A DNA stretch of 63,683 nt, counting the filler, from Octopus bimaculoides (taxonomy: Eukaryota), in NCBI RefSeq assembly GCF_001194135.2. It is 5 parts of 4 records of this genome, joined end to end, with 100 filler letters (N's around TTAATTAATTAA, not from the genome) between each part and the next. Parts side by side here need not be neighbours in the genome. Positions count along the whole stretch, not along the records: positions 1 to 12,923 come from NC_068984.1; positions 13,024 to 26,027 come from NC_068986.1; 3 more parts are not named here. The stretch is one strand, 5' to 3'. Below are positions 12,314 through 24,492 of the stretch, one piece after another; position 1 is the first letter of the stretch, and each line of letters starts with the position of its first letter. Under the pieces are notes generated by a model, which was given only the letters and a program-made list of their open reading frames with translations, searched no databases and was not told the origin of the DNA. The translations under genes and the position numbers were made by a program.

Positions 12314-13752
12314 TGTGTGTGTGCGTGTGTGTCTATGTGTGTGTGTCTGTGTCTATCTGTGTGTGTGAGTGTGTGTGTGTGCGTGCACGCGTGTGTATTT
12401 ATTTGTGTGTTTCGAACAAACGTTTATCTGGTTTCGCGTTTAGTTGCTGCCTATTAAATTCAATTTCGTTACAGCACCTATATTGAGACTAATAGAATTA
12501 GCGATAAACCTTCATAACACTGTTTATTAGGATATCATCCAATGCGATTAAGCAAATATATAATTTTCATATCATTGAAGATATAGATGGGTAAAATTAC
12601 CTTCCGCCTTGTGTTTATAGTAGAAATTTTATAGGTTAAGTTATAACTAGGTGGTAAGTAATTTTCTCAAACTATGAAATGTAGACTATGATTCTGTTTG
12701 TTAAAGACTTTATCGATATATTTTATTTCACAATTCATGAGCAATAACGTCATTTATAACAGGTTTCCATCGAACAACAGGCGAATTACTGTTTCACTGT
12801 TTTACAGTTTTTGTTTTGCAAGTCACGGTGACACGGGGATCACAAGCACCGTTTCTTTTTCTCACCAGTTGTATATATATATATATATGATATATATATG
12901 TATATATATATATATATATATATNNNNNNNNNNNNNNNNNNNNNNNNNNNNNNNNNNNNNNNNNNNNTTAATTAATTAANNNNNNNNNNNNNNNNNNNNN
13001 NNNNNNNNNNNNNNNNNNNNNNNCTGTTGTTGAAGCAGCTGAAAAATAGCCACTAGAATCGCCTTCAACTTGTCGAGCACCAAACAGTTTTAACAGAGCG
13101 TCCATATCTCTCTGATGTTGTTGCATTTGCTTTTCCATTTGTTACCTAAACAATTTAATAAGTTCTACTGTCTGTTTTTCAGCCATTGTTATTACGATGA
13201 ATAATTTTACGGTAAAGTAAGCATGTATCCTACCGGCGACACCAATAAACTCTGTTGTATTACTCTCGGGAGACTCGCAGAGAAAAGACAACGAGTTGTA
13301 CAATTTAATTATTACATTTATTATTGAATTACATACAAAGAACGCACTCACCCAATGTTCGTTGTAAATAAAACAAGAGTCATGTCCGCCATATATACCA
13401 ATGACATTCTACTACCCCAGTCATTCAGAACAACAACAATGAAACAATGAACTCAGACGAACCACTGTGACACACGGAACATCAGACAAATAACATATCC
13501 AACAGTCCATATAACAATAACAAAACCCCTGCAAAATTCTAACTACCACACATTTGAAAATATACAAAATGCCTTAGATAACACAATACCACAAGCTACT
13601 AAAAATAAAAATAATAATTCACAAACAATAAATGTATCTAACTCTACGATAAATAATACTGCAATAAATTCAATAATAATACCAGACACCACAAATAATC
13701 ATAACAATAGTAGACACTATTCATCTGAATAGAAACATAAAATAAAAATTAA

Positions 13753-14229
13753 AATAAAAACTGCTCATGTAAAAATAAAAGATTATGCTCTTTAAAAGGC
13801 AATTGTAGAAGATTTAACGTAATATACAAATGCATAGGTACATTAATTAATAATGCACATAGTATGGTATATATAGGTAGTTCAGTACATTTCAAACAAA
13901 GATTTTTAGCACATATACACTCCTTTAAACCAAACATAGCTACCAATACGACGTTATTAGCTACATACATACATAAACTTAAGAAAAACAAAGTTAACTA
14001 TAAATTAGATTGGTCAATAATAGATTCAGCCACACCATACACGCATAAGTCTAATAGTTGCCGTCTCTGTATGAAGGAATCACTGTATATACTATTATAT
14101 AAACACAAGAACCTAATAAATTGTCAATCAGAAGCACTTTCAACATGTCGAAGGATCATTCAGCAAATTGTGATTACCCCCTCTTTTATTCCACATAGAA
14201 GGAATATGCTTACACGCCTAGCCTCTTAG
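13753..14229 (+). pseudogene. Penelope-like element GIY-YIG endonuclease remnant
   Basis: NCSCKNKRLCSLKGNC...VIYKC...YIGSSVHFKQRFLAHIHSF...LATYIHKLK...W.I...CRLCMKE...LIN...E...CR, the PLE Cys-knuckle plus GIY-YIG pattern. Confidence 0.88.
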
Positions 14230-14471
14230 TAACATAAAAATGTATATGTGTGTAGTAGATAATGCATGCATGATGGGAAGTGAGGGTAAGTGTATATGTG
14301 GAAGCAAGTGTATGTGTATACTGTTTAAATGTGCTGGTGGGTTCAGTGTTGGTTTTGTTTTTTTGTTAATGAGTGTGGTATAGGTGTGTAGAGTTTTTCT
14401 TAAGAAGACTATGGGAATGTAAGAGGTTATTGGCGTGTCTGTATATGACGTAGAAAAATCCGGGTTAAACG

Positions 14472-14576
14472 AAAATGGTGTAGTGGCGCGAAATTATAGC
14501 CGCCATTGAGGAAGTACTATTCTGCGCATGCGCAGGGGACTTCACCACCAGAAGCCCCTCGACTTGCGCATGCGTA
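14472..14576. promoter_or_regulatory. CpG-rich promoter-like motif cluster (YY1-, E2F- and NRF1-like sites)
   Basis: AAAATGGTG (14472), GGCGCGAAA (14485), GCCGCCATTG (14499), TGCGCATGCGCA (14523) and TGCGCATGCGTA (14565). Confidence 0.5.
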
Positions 14577-14984
14577 GTAAAACTCGTACTTAAACAGTTA
14601 GTTTCATTTTCTCAGCGAGTTGAGCCACAGACCTTCTACGTGACAACTCCTCGCTCCTCAACGAATCACTACTTCACCTCGATGCTTTCGATGGTGATAG
14701 CTACTTGTTTCTCTGACAGGCATCAAGGAAGCCCTTAACCTTCCAATACCAAATTACGACTTAATCAGCGGCTGCTGAGCTGAATGACAGGAATTGTGAA
14801 ACCAAGCATCAAGAAAAAATAAATCTTATTTTTATTATGTTGTAAACTTGTTCTAATGTCTCTTCATTTATAATGCTGTTGAAAGGTGATAGAGAGAGAC
14901 TAAAGTCTCTATGACAACTATCAAATCTTTACAAGGGGTTGGAATTTAGACCTCTGTGAACTGAAGTAAGAAATTTATACTCCA

Positions 14985-15580
14985 GACAGAGACGGGGTAA
15001 GAAATTTTGGTTGAGAACAAATTCAGCCAACCGGAGATGGATAGGAGTGCTAGACTGGGAACGGGTGCGTAGACCCAGAAATGTTTGAGGGCGTGGACGC
15101 CTTTATTATGAGGCTATATGAGAGTGAACAGGAGTGGAAAAGGTTCAAGAGGAAAAATGAAGGAACTAAAAAGGTAAAAGACGTGGTTGGTGTCATGAAT
15201 GTGGAAGGAGATGAAAGCCTCTAGTGGAGTGAGGACGAGGTCGAGGTACTGGGAATTAATTATGTTGACCAATTGCAGGGGGGTAAGTTTGTTGGGTTTA
15301 TGAATCTTGGCGTGTGTGACCACAACAGGTCATGATTCATGGATATCCCTCTGCTAGGGTACTCCAAAGCCAAGGTATCTTGGATGTTGTAACCAGGAGA
15401 ACGTAGGGTAAATTATGTCTTCTGAAATTCACTTCCATTCTTCCTTGATCGGATCCAGTTGGAACTCTTTTCAGCTGCATCTCTCTTGTTCTGTTTCTCC
15501 CAGAAATTGGGAGCTGGCAAGGACTTTGGTTTGGAAGTCTGATAGCTGAACTGTTATATTTTTCGATCATGTAGATGTGG
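14985..15580 (-). pseudogene. Penelope-like reverse transcriptase remnant
   Basis: Frameshifted KIHKPN...SQYLDLVLTPL...IHDTNH...LFTL...PHNKGVHALKHF...RLAEFVLNQNF. Confidence 0.78.
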
Positions 15581-16331
15581 ACTGCTTCCATTCTACTATC
15601 ATAAGGTACCAGTTCAATCAAATATAAACATACATATCCGGCCATAAATATACATAAATATACATCTACACATTCACATGCACGCACACACGCACGCACT
15701 AACCCCCCCCCCACACACACACACACATACGGGTAAGCACAAACCTCCTTCAACTCACACAACTGACTGTCATATAAAAAGGAATGGTTACAAGTCTGCC
15801 TCACAAAGCTGACCTAACAAACAACATCTCTATATCAGTGTTTTCTAGTTTTTTGTTAGTTTAGGACCCCCTTTGGTGACCGTACCTTAAATCTTCCACA
15901 GTGACAAATGAAGTTTAATTTGAATTCTTAGCAACTAGTGAAATGGGGAAACCCAGTCCTATACCCCTCTTGATGAAGTTTGTGGAATTAGTCAATGTAA
16001 TCATAAAAGTTGGCTTGAAGCCTACAGACTCGTGAAGCTGCAGCCTTGTGTCTTTTAAAGACATTCAAGCCGACACTATAAGACTCGTCCCCTGAACAGA
16101 ATAAAAATATCACTGGAACTCATGTACTAGAGCAACAGGAAATTAACTGCCTTGCTCAAAAACACAACACACCTTCCGGTCCGAGAATTGGACCTCTAAC
16201 CGTCACACGCCTTCATAATGTAGTTAAACGTTAAAAAAAGTCATAGTTAGAATATCTTTGGTCATAGGCCTACTTAATAACGGATAACCTGAAATCAAAT
16301 GACAACAGTAATGTGTGTATATTTTCATTCG

Positions 16332-16675
16332 TGGCACTCCGTCGGTTACGACGACGTGGGTTCCGGTTGATTCGATCAACAGAACAGCCTGTTTGTGAAA
16401 TTAACGTGCAAGTGGCTGAGCACTCCACAGACACATGTACTCCTTAATGTAGTTTTCGGGGAGATTCAGCGTGATACAGAGTGTGACAAGGCTAACCCCT
16501 CGAAATACAGGTACAACAAAAACAGGAAGAAAGTTGTGGTGAAAGAGTACAGCAGGATTCGCTACCGGAGCCTCATGGAGCTTTAGTTGTTTTCGCTCAA
16601 TAAACATACACAACGCCCGGTCTGGGAATCGAAACCGCGAGTCCGCTGCCCTAACCACTGGGCCATTGCGCCTCC
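16332..16675 (-). mobile_element. SINE family B copy with small internal deletions
   Basis: Homologous to 10679-11056; near-TSD ATATTTTCATT / ATAGTTTCATT. Confidence 0.9.
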
Positions 16676-17369
16676 ACATAGTTTCATTAAACATTGATTA
16701 AACAATGCTTACACTGATAGAACTAAATCGAAACTATAATATAGAGTACAGTTTTGTTTTATGTGAGTTAAATTCCGAGAAGTGTAGAATAAATAATATG
16801 AGAAGTGATTTAAATGACAAGTCTCAGCAGTATTTCAAACAGACTTTCTCGGAACTTATCATAACTTAACTGCGAAAAGGGCAGTGTATGGTTACTTGGC
16901 ATTCTAAAAATAGCCATGTCTCCTTCAAACTACACCCTACCAACTTTTTAAAATGCCACAATAGAAAATTCCGTATAAAACAGATGAGGTGATCAAGGTT
17001 AAAATACCTTTAATCATTGATTTGCTAATAACAAAATTTTATTTAAAGCTGGAAGGGGAACTAACTTTTTGCTTCGGTGTTGCAGGATAAGTTTGTTGAA
17101 AACTTCACTTAAGATCACTTTCTTTTTAATTTGTTAGTAGTTTGATTGATTACTCGAGGTATTTGCATTCAAGCATTTACTAATGAAGTTATATGTATTT
17201 TGCAAAACAATGGGAACTTAGCTGGGTATCGAAATTAGCACAAAATTAAATTCACTATAACACGCGTTGCAGTTTTAGCGTGTAGTGATGGTCAAAGGGA
17301 CGCAACTTTCTAAACTTAATCAGCCGTTATGATTAGCCTTTAGTCTTCCAGAGAAAATGTGTCACTAAT

Positions 17370-18505
17370 TACCAAGAGTCCAATGGACCCAATATTTTTC
17401 TTTTAATTAAATTTTATTCAAACTACCACTATATTATATATGCTATATTATATATATATATTATATATATATATTATATATATTATATATATATAATATA
17501 TATATATATTATATATATAAGCTATATTATATATGCTATCAAGTGAATGACGAATTACTGTTTCTCACAAATTTTAATAAAAAAAAATACAGCTTACGGA
17601 ATATATTATAAATTTTAAAAATTACAAAAATACAGAATTACAGTTCTTCATGGCAGTAAATGCAGACAACATTGGAATGTTCTTGGCAAACATGGATATT
17701 ACAATTCTTACATGTAGTACAAGTTTTCCTGTCTTTTTTGGGGCCACACGAAGAACATCTTCCTTTTTTCTTTGGCTGAGGAATCTCAAATGAAGTTGAA
17801 GATCATCTTTTTTCTTTGTTTAGTTGAGAACTGTTAGTGAAACTAGAAGATTATTTGTCATATTCTTGTTTAGCCTTAGCTCCAGCAAGTTCCTTTCCAA
17901 ACTGAATTTATGCACTGTCTTCTTTTATCCTTGAAACTTTGCAAGTGAAGCTGTTTAGCATCAATGAAAGCATTCACTGGACTTATATCAATCGTGTTGT
18001 AGAATATAACCATAAGCCATCTTTGAGTCCTTCTTTTGCAAGTGCATGTCTTTACTATCTTATCTAGGGTATCTACTCCTCCTTTTGTTTTGTTGTAACA
18101 TGTAATAACTTCAGGTTTATTTTCCGCATTTTTTTAATCAATTGAAGGCTGAGAGTGCATTGTACTCACAAGTGTGACTAAATAAGTTTTCTTGGGACAA
18201 TAAGATAGGAACATAGAATCCTTTTGAAATCCAAATATTGTGCTGTTGAGTGCTTGGAAGTTCAACTCTGTTCTTTCTAGTTGTTCCAACTAAAGTAGTT
18301 TTCTCACTAAGCAGCTTTCGAGCCAATCCTAGACTTGTAAAAAAATTATCACAAGTTATATTGCGACCAGTATTTTCTTTTACTAGGTCTTCAACAACTC
18401 TTGAACTTTGATCTGTCTCTCTCCCTTTTACTGGAACTTTTTCAGTGTCGATTTGCATTTTCCAGGCATAAGATGTTTCACTGTCGCATATTGACCAAAG
18501 ATATT
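17370..18505 (-). mobile_element. piggyBac transposase remnant (3' half)
   Basis: CDSETSYAWKMQ...GRNITCDNFFTS...LVGTTRKNR...YNKTKGGVDTLD...RRTQRW, followed by a degraded Cys-rich C-terminus (~17640-17770). Confidence 0.88.
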
Positions 18506-18526
18506 CCCTAACCCTAACCCTAACCC
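18506..18526. repeat. Interstitial telomeric repeat (CCCTAA)3CCC
   Basis: Exact repeat at the piggyBac / LTR-retroelement junction. Confidence 0.9.
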
Positions 18527-20010
18527 GGCTCATGCACACCCTGAGCAGGGTCAATGGATCGACACCTATCACAGCTCCTGACCATCTTTTGAATGCTCTG
18601 CCAAGTAACACCAGAGTCAACCCTCCTGGCAAGATGCAGGATTCTATCCAAACCCATGTTGTGCATGGCATGCAGTCTCCTTAGTTCTGAGTCATCCAGC
18701 CAACACGCTGCAGCTATCCCCTGCTCTGAATCTTCCGGTATCGCCAACCAAGCCTTTTTCATCCTGGTTAGAATGTCTGCCTTATTACTTTCTGAGGGCG
18801 CAAAGATCACACTCAGCTTCAAACCAAATTCAGCAACTAGCTCTCTCAGAACTCTTAGATGGCACTTTACTAACATCTCTGCAGCTCCTTTGGTTCAAAC
18901 CCTCTTTTCATTAGTGATCACTGATCCTACCCATACAAGCATAGTAGCCAAATCAGTTCAGATTTCAGTAGAGTGCAATCCCCATCTCAGGGCCAGATTC
19001 ACCCCCTTCAGCACTGTGTCTAACTCAGCCACGTTGATGTGGTTGTAATTATCTGCTTTTTGGAGCCAGGCTGCAATGCTCCACTTCGACACATCCAATT
19101 TCCAGGACAACCCATATTGCTATGCTGCTATATTGTACTATATAGTCCCGTTTTCCAATTTGGGCACATACCAGCTTCCACTTACTGGGTCTTCTACTCT
19201 TACCCTCTCTAAGATCTCCTGCACCATTTTCACCGTTCTCTCTCCCACTTTGTCTCCCCAGCTTACCCTGTCTTTTGACATAGCTGCATGCCGTTCAAAG
19301 CCATCATCTCTCACATATCGCTAATATTTTTCGTCTGTTGATGCTGGTACTGGAATCTCTGGTACTGGAATCTCATTTCCTTTCTGAAACACCAACACAC
19401 CTGTTTTGTCTTTTTGGAGCTTGAACCCCAGTGTAGCTCCCCCAACCATTGGCTCCAATGGTTTTCCAGCCATCCCAAACTTCTTTAGGTGGCTTATGGC
19501 CTCTGCGGCAGACACTACAATCTTGTCTACCAGGATGTCATCTATATTGGAACTGGTGGCCTTTTTTACCTTGTCCACCTTTCCCAGGATAGATTTGAGC
19601 ACTGTTGCCATGATATTTGGTGCAGAATTCAACCCGAAACCCAGCCTAGTCAAACTCTATGCCTGGCCCTTATATTGCACCAGCTCATACTGTCACAGTT
19701 TCTTGCTCACATGGAGCTGCAGTTTTGAGCAATATGACTTGTCTGCCTGCACCGGTAGCAAACAGGTTCAGGCTTCATCTCCACACAGTCCTTTACCATG
19801 TGCAGTCCTTGGCACTTCAAATTCCGGCACATAAATGGTTGCTGCCTATCCATGGCAGTTTTTCTCCACTCGTTCTTTACTGAACAATTGTTGCTGCCCT
19901 TGTCATCCGTCTCCATTTTCACAATGTCTCTGCAGACATCAGTCACATCGCCACCCATATGACACAACACATTGCCATTCATCTCTCGAAAGTCCATTAC
20001 CAGCCTGACC
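18527..20010 (-). mobile_element. LTR-retrotransposon remnant (gag zinc knuckles, RT, RNase H, integrase zinc finger)
   Basis: CYRCRQTSHIAQNC knuckle; LTRLGFGLNSAP...NIDDI; AAWLQKADNYNHINVAELD...NKADILTR; H-x3-H...C-x2-C integrase start. No LTR seen. Confidence 0.85.
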
Positions 20011-20023
20011 TTGCCCTTATTAT

Positions 20024-20285
20024 TATTTTATTGTGTCTGGGGAGAATCATTTTTTTAGTGCCTTATCAATTTAACACATTCACGAATTTCCACTCATTTA
20101 CTTATTTATTTTTACTAAAATTTTCATTGCAACTTGCAACCTTTGCAATAGTCCGTTATCGGAATTCCATTAACAGACAGAGTTATTGAAAAGGTTGCAA
20201 GTCGCAATGAAAATTTTAATAAAAATAAATAAGTAAATGAGTGGAAATTGGTGAGTGTGTTACTCTCCCCAGGCACAATAAAATA
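20024..20285. mobile_element. Foldback/MITE-like element with ~105-bp inverted arms
   Basis: Arms ~20024-20155 and ~20180-20285; the left arm has a ~25-bp insertion. Confidence 0.75.
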
Positions 20286-20356
20286 TGCTTCAACGCATGA
20301 ATTCACATAAAGAAGCTTGCAAACCAAATACAAAAATGAAATTATTATTATTATTT

Positions 20357-20553
20357 GGCAGAATCATTAGCATGCTGGGTGAACTGCTGAGTGGCATTTT
20401 GTCCATCTTTATGATCTGAGTTCAAATTCCGCTGAGGTTGACTTTGCCTTGCGTCCTTTTGGAATCAATAAAATAAATACCAGTTGAGTACTGGGGTCAA
20501 TATAATCGACTGTCCTCCTTCCCGAAATTTCAGGCCTTGTGCCTATAGTAGAA

Positions 20554-20622
<69 letters not shown>
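20357..20622 (+). mobile_element. SINE family C copy with (ATT)n tail
   Basis: Homologous to 11086; tail 20553-20622. Confidence 0.88.
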
Positions 20623-21278
20623 TTATGTTTGACTCTTGCTTTGCATTTGTACAAGTTGGATCCAAGTCTCACCCAGTGACCTCAAGAGACAACAAGTTAG
20701 AAGTTCATGTAGGTGTTATGCCTAGGGTACCATATATTTGGATTTGTACATAGTGTTGTTCTAAAGAATGTTTAAGAAACCATGAAAAAATTATGTTTGT
20801 TTTTAAAATTTGAGATCACATAGACAGTATTTTACGTAGGATATGGGCAGTTCCCATGAGCACTATCTTTTGAACTTCAGCCATTTTAGGGTTTCCTGGT
20901 ATCTGAGCTAGGTAGTAATCAGCCCGTTTCGCTGTCATTCCCAGGGCACCTATGACAATAGGTATTGTTTTAGTCTTCAGGTTCCACATTTTGCTAATTT
21001 CTATTTCAAGATCTTTATATTTGCTCAGTTTTTGGTAGGTCTTGACAGATACGTTTATATCGATTGGGACATATCAATGAGGAGGCATGATTTTTGTCTG
21101 AAGTCTTTCAGTATGATGTCTGGCCTATTTGCATCTATCTTTCTGTCAGTTTGAATGGTGAAGTTCCAGACGAGTGCGATGTGATCATTTTCAAGTACTG
21201 GGGGTGGTTTGTGTTCCCACCAGTTTTTATCATGGGGCAAGTCCAGGTTTTTGCATATTACCCAGTGAATATATTGTA
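20623..21278 (-). mobile_element. 5'-truncated R4/Dong-clade non-LTR retrotransposon (RLE domain plus 3' UTR)
   Basis: YIHWVIC...WWEHKP..VLEN....WNFTIQTDRKIDANRPDII...KYKDLEIEI..MW...IPIVIGALG; flanked by (TAA)n on both sides. Confidence 0.88.
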
Positions 21279-21279
21279 C

Positions 21280-21336
<57 letters not shown>

Positions 21337-21405
21337 CATTATTATTATTATCATTATCATTATTATTATTATCATTATTATTATCATTATTATTATTGCT
21401 ATTAT
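21279..21405. repeat. (TAT)n/(CAT) microsatellite
   Basis: Directly visible. Confidence 0.95.
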
Positions 21406-21408
21406 GCG

Positions 21409-21566
21409 TCTGAGTTCAAATTCCATTGAGGTGGATTTTGCCTTTCATCCTTTCAGGGTCAATAAAATAAGTACCAGTCAAGCACTGGGGTTGATGTAAT
21501 TTACTAGCCCCCTCCCACAAAATTTCAGGCCATGTTCCTATAGCAGAATGGATTATTATTATTATT
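21409..21566 (+). mobile_element. SINE family C 3' part with short (ATT)n tail
   Basis: TCTGAGTTCAAATTCC...AAATTTCAGGCC...GATTATTATT. Confidence 0.82.
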
Positions 21567-22735
21567 TCTTTTACACACAACAGATCTGACTGTTGGAAAA
21601 AAATTCCTCACATCAAGCTACAATTAACCTTAAATGATAAGAACCTTCCTATGTACCCTAGCTGTCCCTAATAATACTGTTTACTGGAGCTACGCTAAAC
21701 TATATTTTATGCCTATTTCCTCTATCCATCAGTTCAAATCTTTAGGAATGGTTCCTAATGCACCTATAACTACAGGGATACATTTTATCCACATTTTCCA
21801 TAGCTTCTGTAACTCAATGGCTAGGTCCTGGCATTTTGCTATTTTCTCTAAACCTCTCATAGTCCCATCATTTGAGACTATAAAGTCAGTTATCAAGCAT
21901 TTTCTATTCTCTTTGTCTACTACTACTAAATCAGGCCTTCTAGCTTCTATTACACTATCAGTCTGAATGTTAAAACTCCACAAAATTTTATATTTTTTAC
22001 TTTTTAGCACTTTACTAGGTCCATTTTTCATACCACTTATCATTATGGTCAAATTCTAGCTTTCTACATAACTCCCAATAGATTATTGTCCCTAGGTTTT
22101 CATGTTTTCTTGTATTCTTTCTATGCCAGCATACTGCATTCACTAATTATATGAGTAACACTTTCTTCCTTTGATTTACACAACCTACATTGAGATTCTA
22201 CTTGATTTTTGTCTAGCTTTTATTCAATCAGTCCTCAACATCTGATTTTGTGCTGCTTCTAACAAACTTTCTGTCTCCCTTTTCAGCTTTTCTTTCTGTC
22301 ACCACAACCATGTCTCACTATTACTATTTTCTGCAACTATCTTCACTTGCCAGTCCGCTAGTATTGCTTCTTTTTCCTACATTTGGCTTTTTGGTTTCCT
22401 TATCTTACACGAGCAGCTCTCCTCACTTTTATCTACATAGAAGGCTATGTCTGCTCTAGTCTTCTACTGATATTAAACATCTACCACCTTCTTTTCCAGG
22501 TAATTACAATCGTGCTACTCCTGCTCTAGAATGAAGTCCTTTATTCATATTAAATTCCTTTCTAGTTCTTCTGTCTAGACATGCTAATTCAGATTTTGTC
22601 CAATCTACAAAACCTGCTGAATATCTAAGTAATGATACTGTCCAAGTATCTACAGCCTACACTTGATTTGGACCATTTAGCTTTGCCTTCATTAACTTCC
22701 TCACCCTTCATTTATAACTGCAATAAAACAAGAAA
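21567..22735 (-). mobile_element. Second R4/Dong-clade LINE fragment (RT C-terminus, CCHC region, RLE)
   Basis: RVRKLMKAKLNG...LRYSAGFVDWT...LDRRTRK...KEGGR; ESVSHIISEC; ILWSFNIQTD..IEARRPDLVVVDKE...IPVVIGALGTIP. Confidence 0.88.
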
Positions 22736-23410
22736 CTTGTTAATTAAGAGGAATATAATTTTATTGAGTAGTTTAAGCACATTCAAAAGGGACAATATTA
22801 TAATTTTGAATTTGAATTCAATTTCATTCAGTATCAAATGTTTCTCAACATCTAATTGTAACCAAATCCTCTGTCAGTGAGTCTGATAAGTTAGAATATT
22901 TCTATAAATAAGTGCAGTCAATATCAACTGAGTTACCATATTACTCAAACTGTAGCATCCAAGATGCATGATAAATTACTTAAAATAGCTTCCATAAGCT
23001 GTCTCCTGGAGCCTATTGGAAAGAAATAATAGGAAATTTCAGCCATTCACTTTGTGAAATGCACTAGCTATTTGTTGTTAATGCAGCTACATAAATATTT
23101 ACCTGAAGGTTGTTATAAAATATGAGAGTACTTGTAAAATTGCAAAAATGCAAAATTGAACTATGATGGAATTTAACTGACCAATATATTTATCAATACA
23201 TCTATTCAAGATTTTATAAACTTAGAACTCAGTGTGTGTGTGTGTGTGTGCACGCACATGCATATATATAATCCAAATAAGAAGACAATTACTTTTCTCA
23301 GGTTTAGAGAATAGTGAGTAAAAAGTGATCTGTAAAAAGTACCTTGAATTAGGTTTCTTCTCAAAAACAAAGAACATAAATGAATAAATAAAACATGACC
23401 TTATTTAGAA

Positions 23411-24492
23411 AATATATTTAAAAACTATCTGGTATATAGAATATTGAAATGAGAAAATTGTACAATAAATTAATATAATATAATTAAAAGTAATATAAAT
23501 ATATAAATTTAAAATATAAAAATTTGAAATAGTAATTTAAAATTTAAATATATATAAAATGAGTAAAAAATTAAACCTCAGCAAAACTTAAATCTAAATT
23601 CAAATGTGAAAGTCAAAAGTTTTTACTCATATGGTATTTTTTCAGTTGACATTTTAAACCTCACAGCATGCCTGCAGGAATTTAAGGGTTCACATCTCTG
23701 GTTCAATGCATGTTTATCCTAGAACAAGGTAAAGAACTTTTCTGAGAGACAAAGATATTCTTGTAAGCTGTCTATTTGCACTTTAGCTCTATAAACTATT
23801 CCTTTTTCAAGTGCAAATAGACTCACAAGAATATAAAACTTACTCAGGGTTTCAGAAAATTCATTCAAGACTAGGTTTTATTCCCACCAAAATTCTTTCC
23901 AATACTCTGAGAATAGGACAGCAACAAGTCTTGTAAAACATGTCTGGCAATTGAAGGAGAATGATACCTGTCCTTTCAATATCAGCTGGACAATTTTTGA
24001 AAAAGCACTACCATATAAACCTGGAGAAGACCTATGAAATGTATTCTTTGCCTCCCAGAAAAGTTCTTCACCCTGTTCCAGGATAAACATGCTTTGAAGC
24101 AGAGACATGAATGCTTAAATTCCTGCAGTTATGCTGCAAGGTTTAAAATGTCAACTGAAAAATACTGTATGGATAAAAATTTTTGGCTTTTACACCTACC
24201 ATATAGTCATTTTTTTTTTGTATTACAATGCTAATACATATTTTGACTTCACGTTTTACATTTTACATCCGTCTTTTAAGAAATCCTTCGACTATTTTAC
24301 AAATTTAAATTTAAGTTTTACTGAGGTTTAATTTTTTACTCAATTTTTATATATTTAAATCTTAAATTATTATTTCAAATTTTTATGTTTTAAATTTATA
24401 TATTTATATTACATTTAATTATATTATATCAATTTATTGTACAATTTTCTCATTCTAATATTCTATATACCAGACAGTTTTTAAATATATTT
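23411..24492 (+). mobile_element. Penelope-like 3' fragment (GIY-YIG ~23832-24150) preceded by an inverted copy of its own 3' end
   Basis: Frameshifted SENSFKTRFYSHQNSF...TSLVKHVWQLKE...ISWTIFEKALPYKPG...CILCLPEK; 23411-23765 is the reverse complement of ~24035-24492. Confidence 0.82.

Noticed and set aside
12968-12979. TTAATTAATTAA embedded in gaps (also 26072-26083, 41691-41702, 62100-62111)
   Set aside because: Identical 12-mer centred in ~100-bp N runs; an assembly spacer artefact.
13753-15580. EN (+) and RT (-) PLE remnants as one inverted element
   Set aside because: The orientation and order do not fit a simple PLE inversion or twin priming; independent insertions are more parsimonious.
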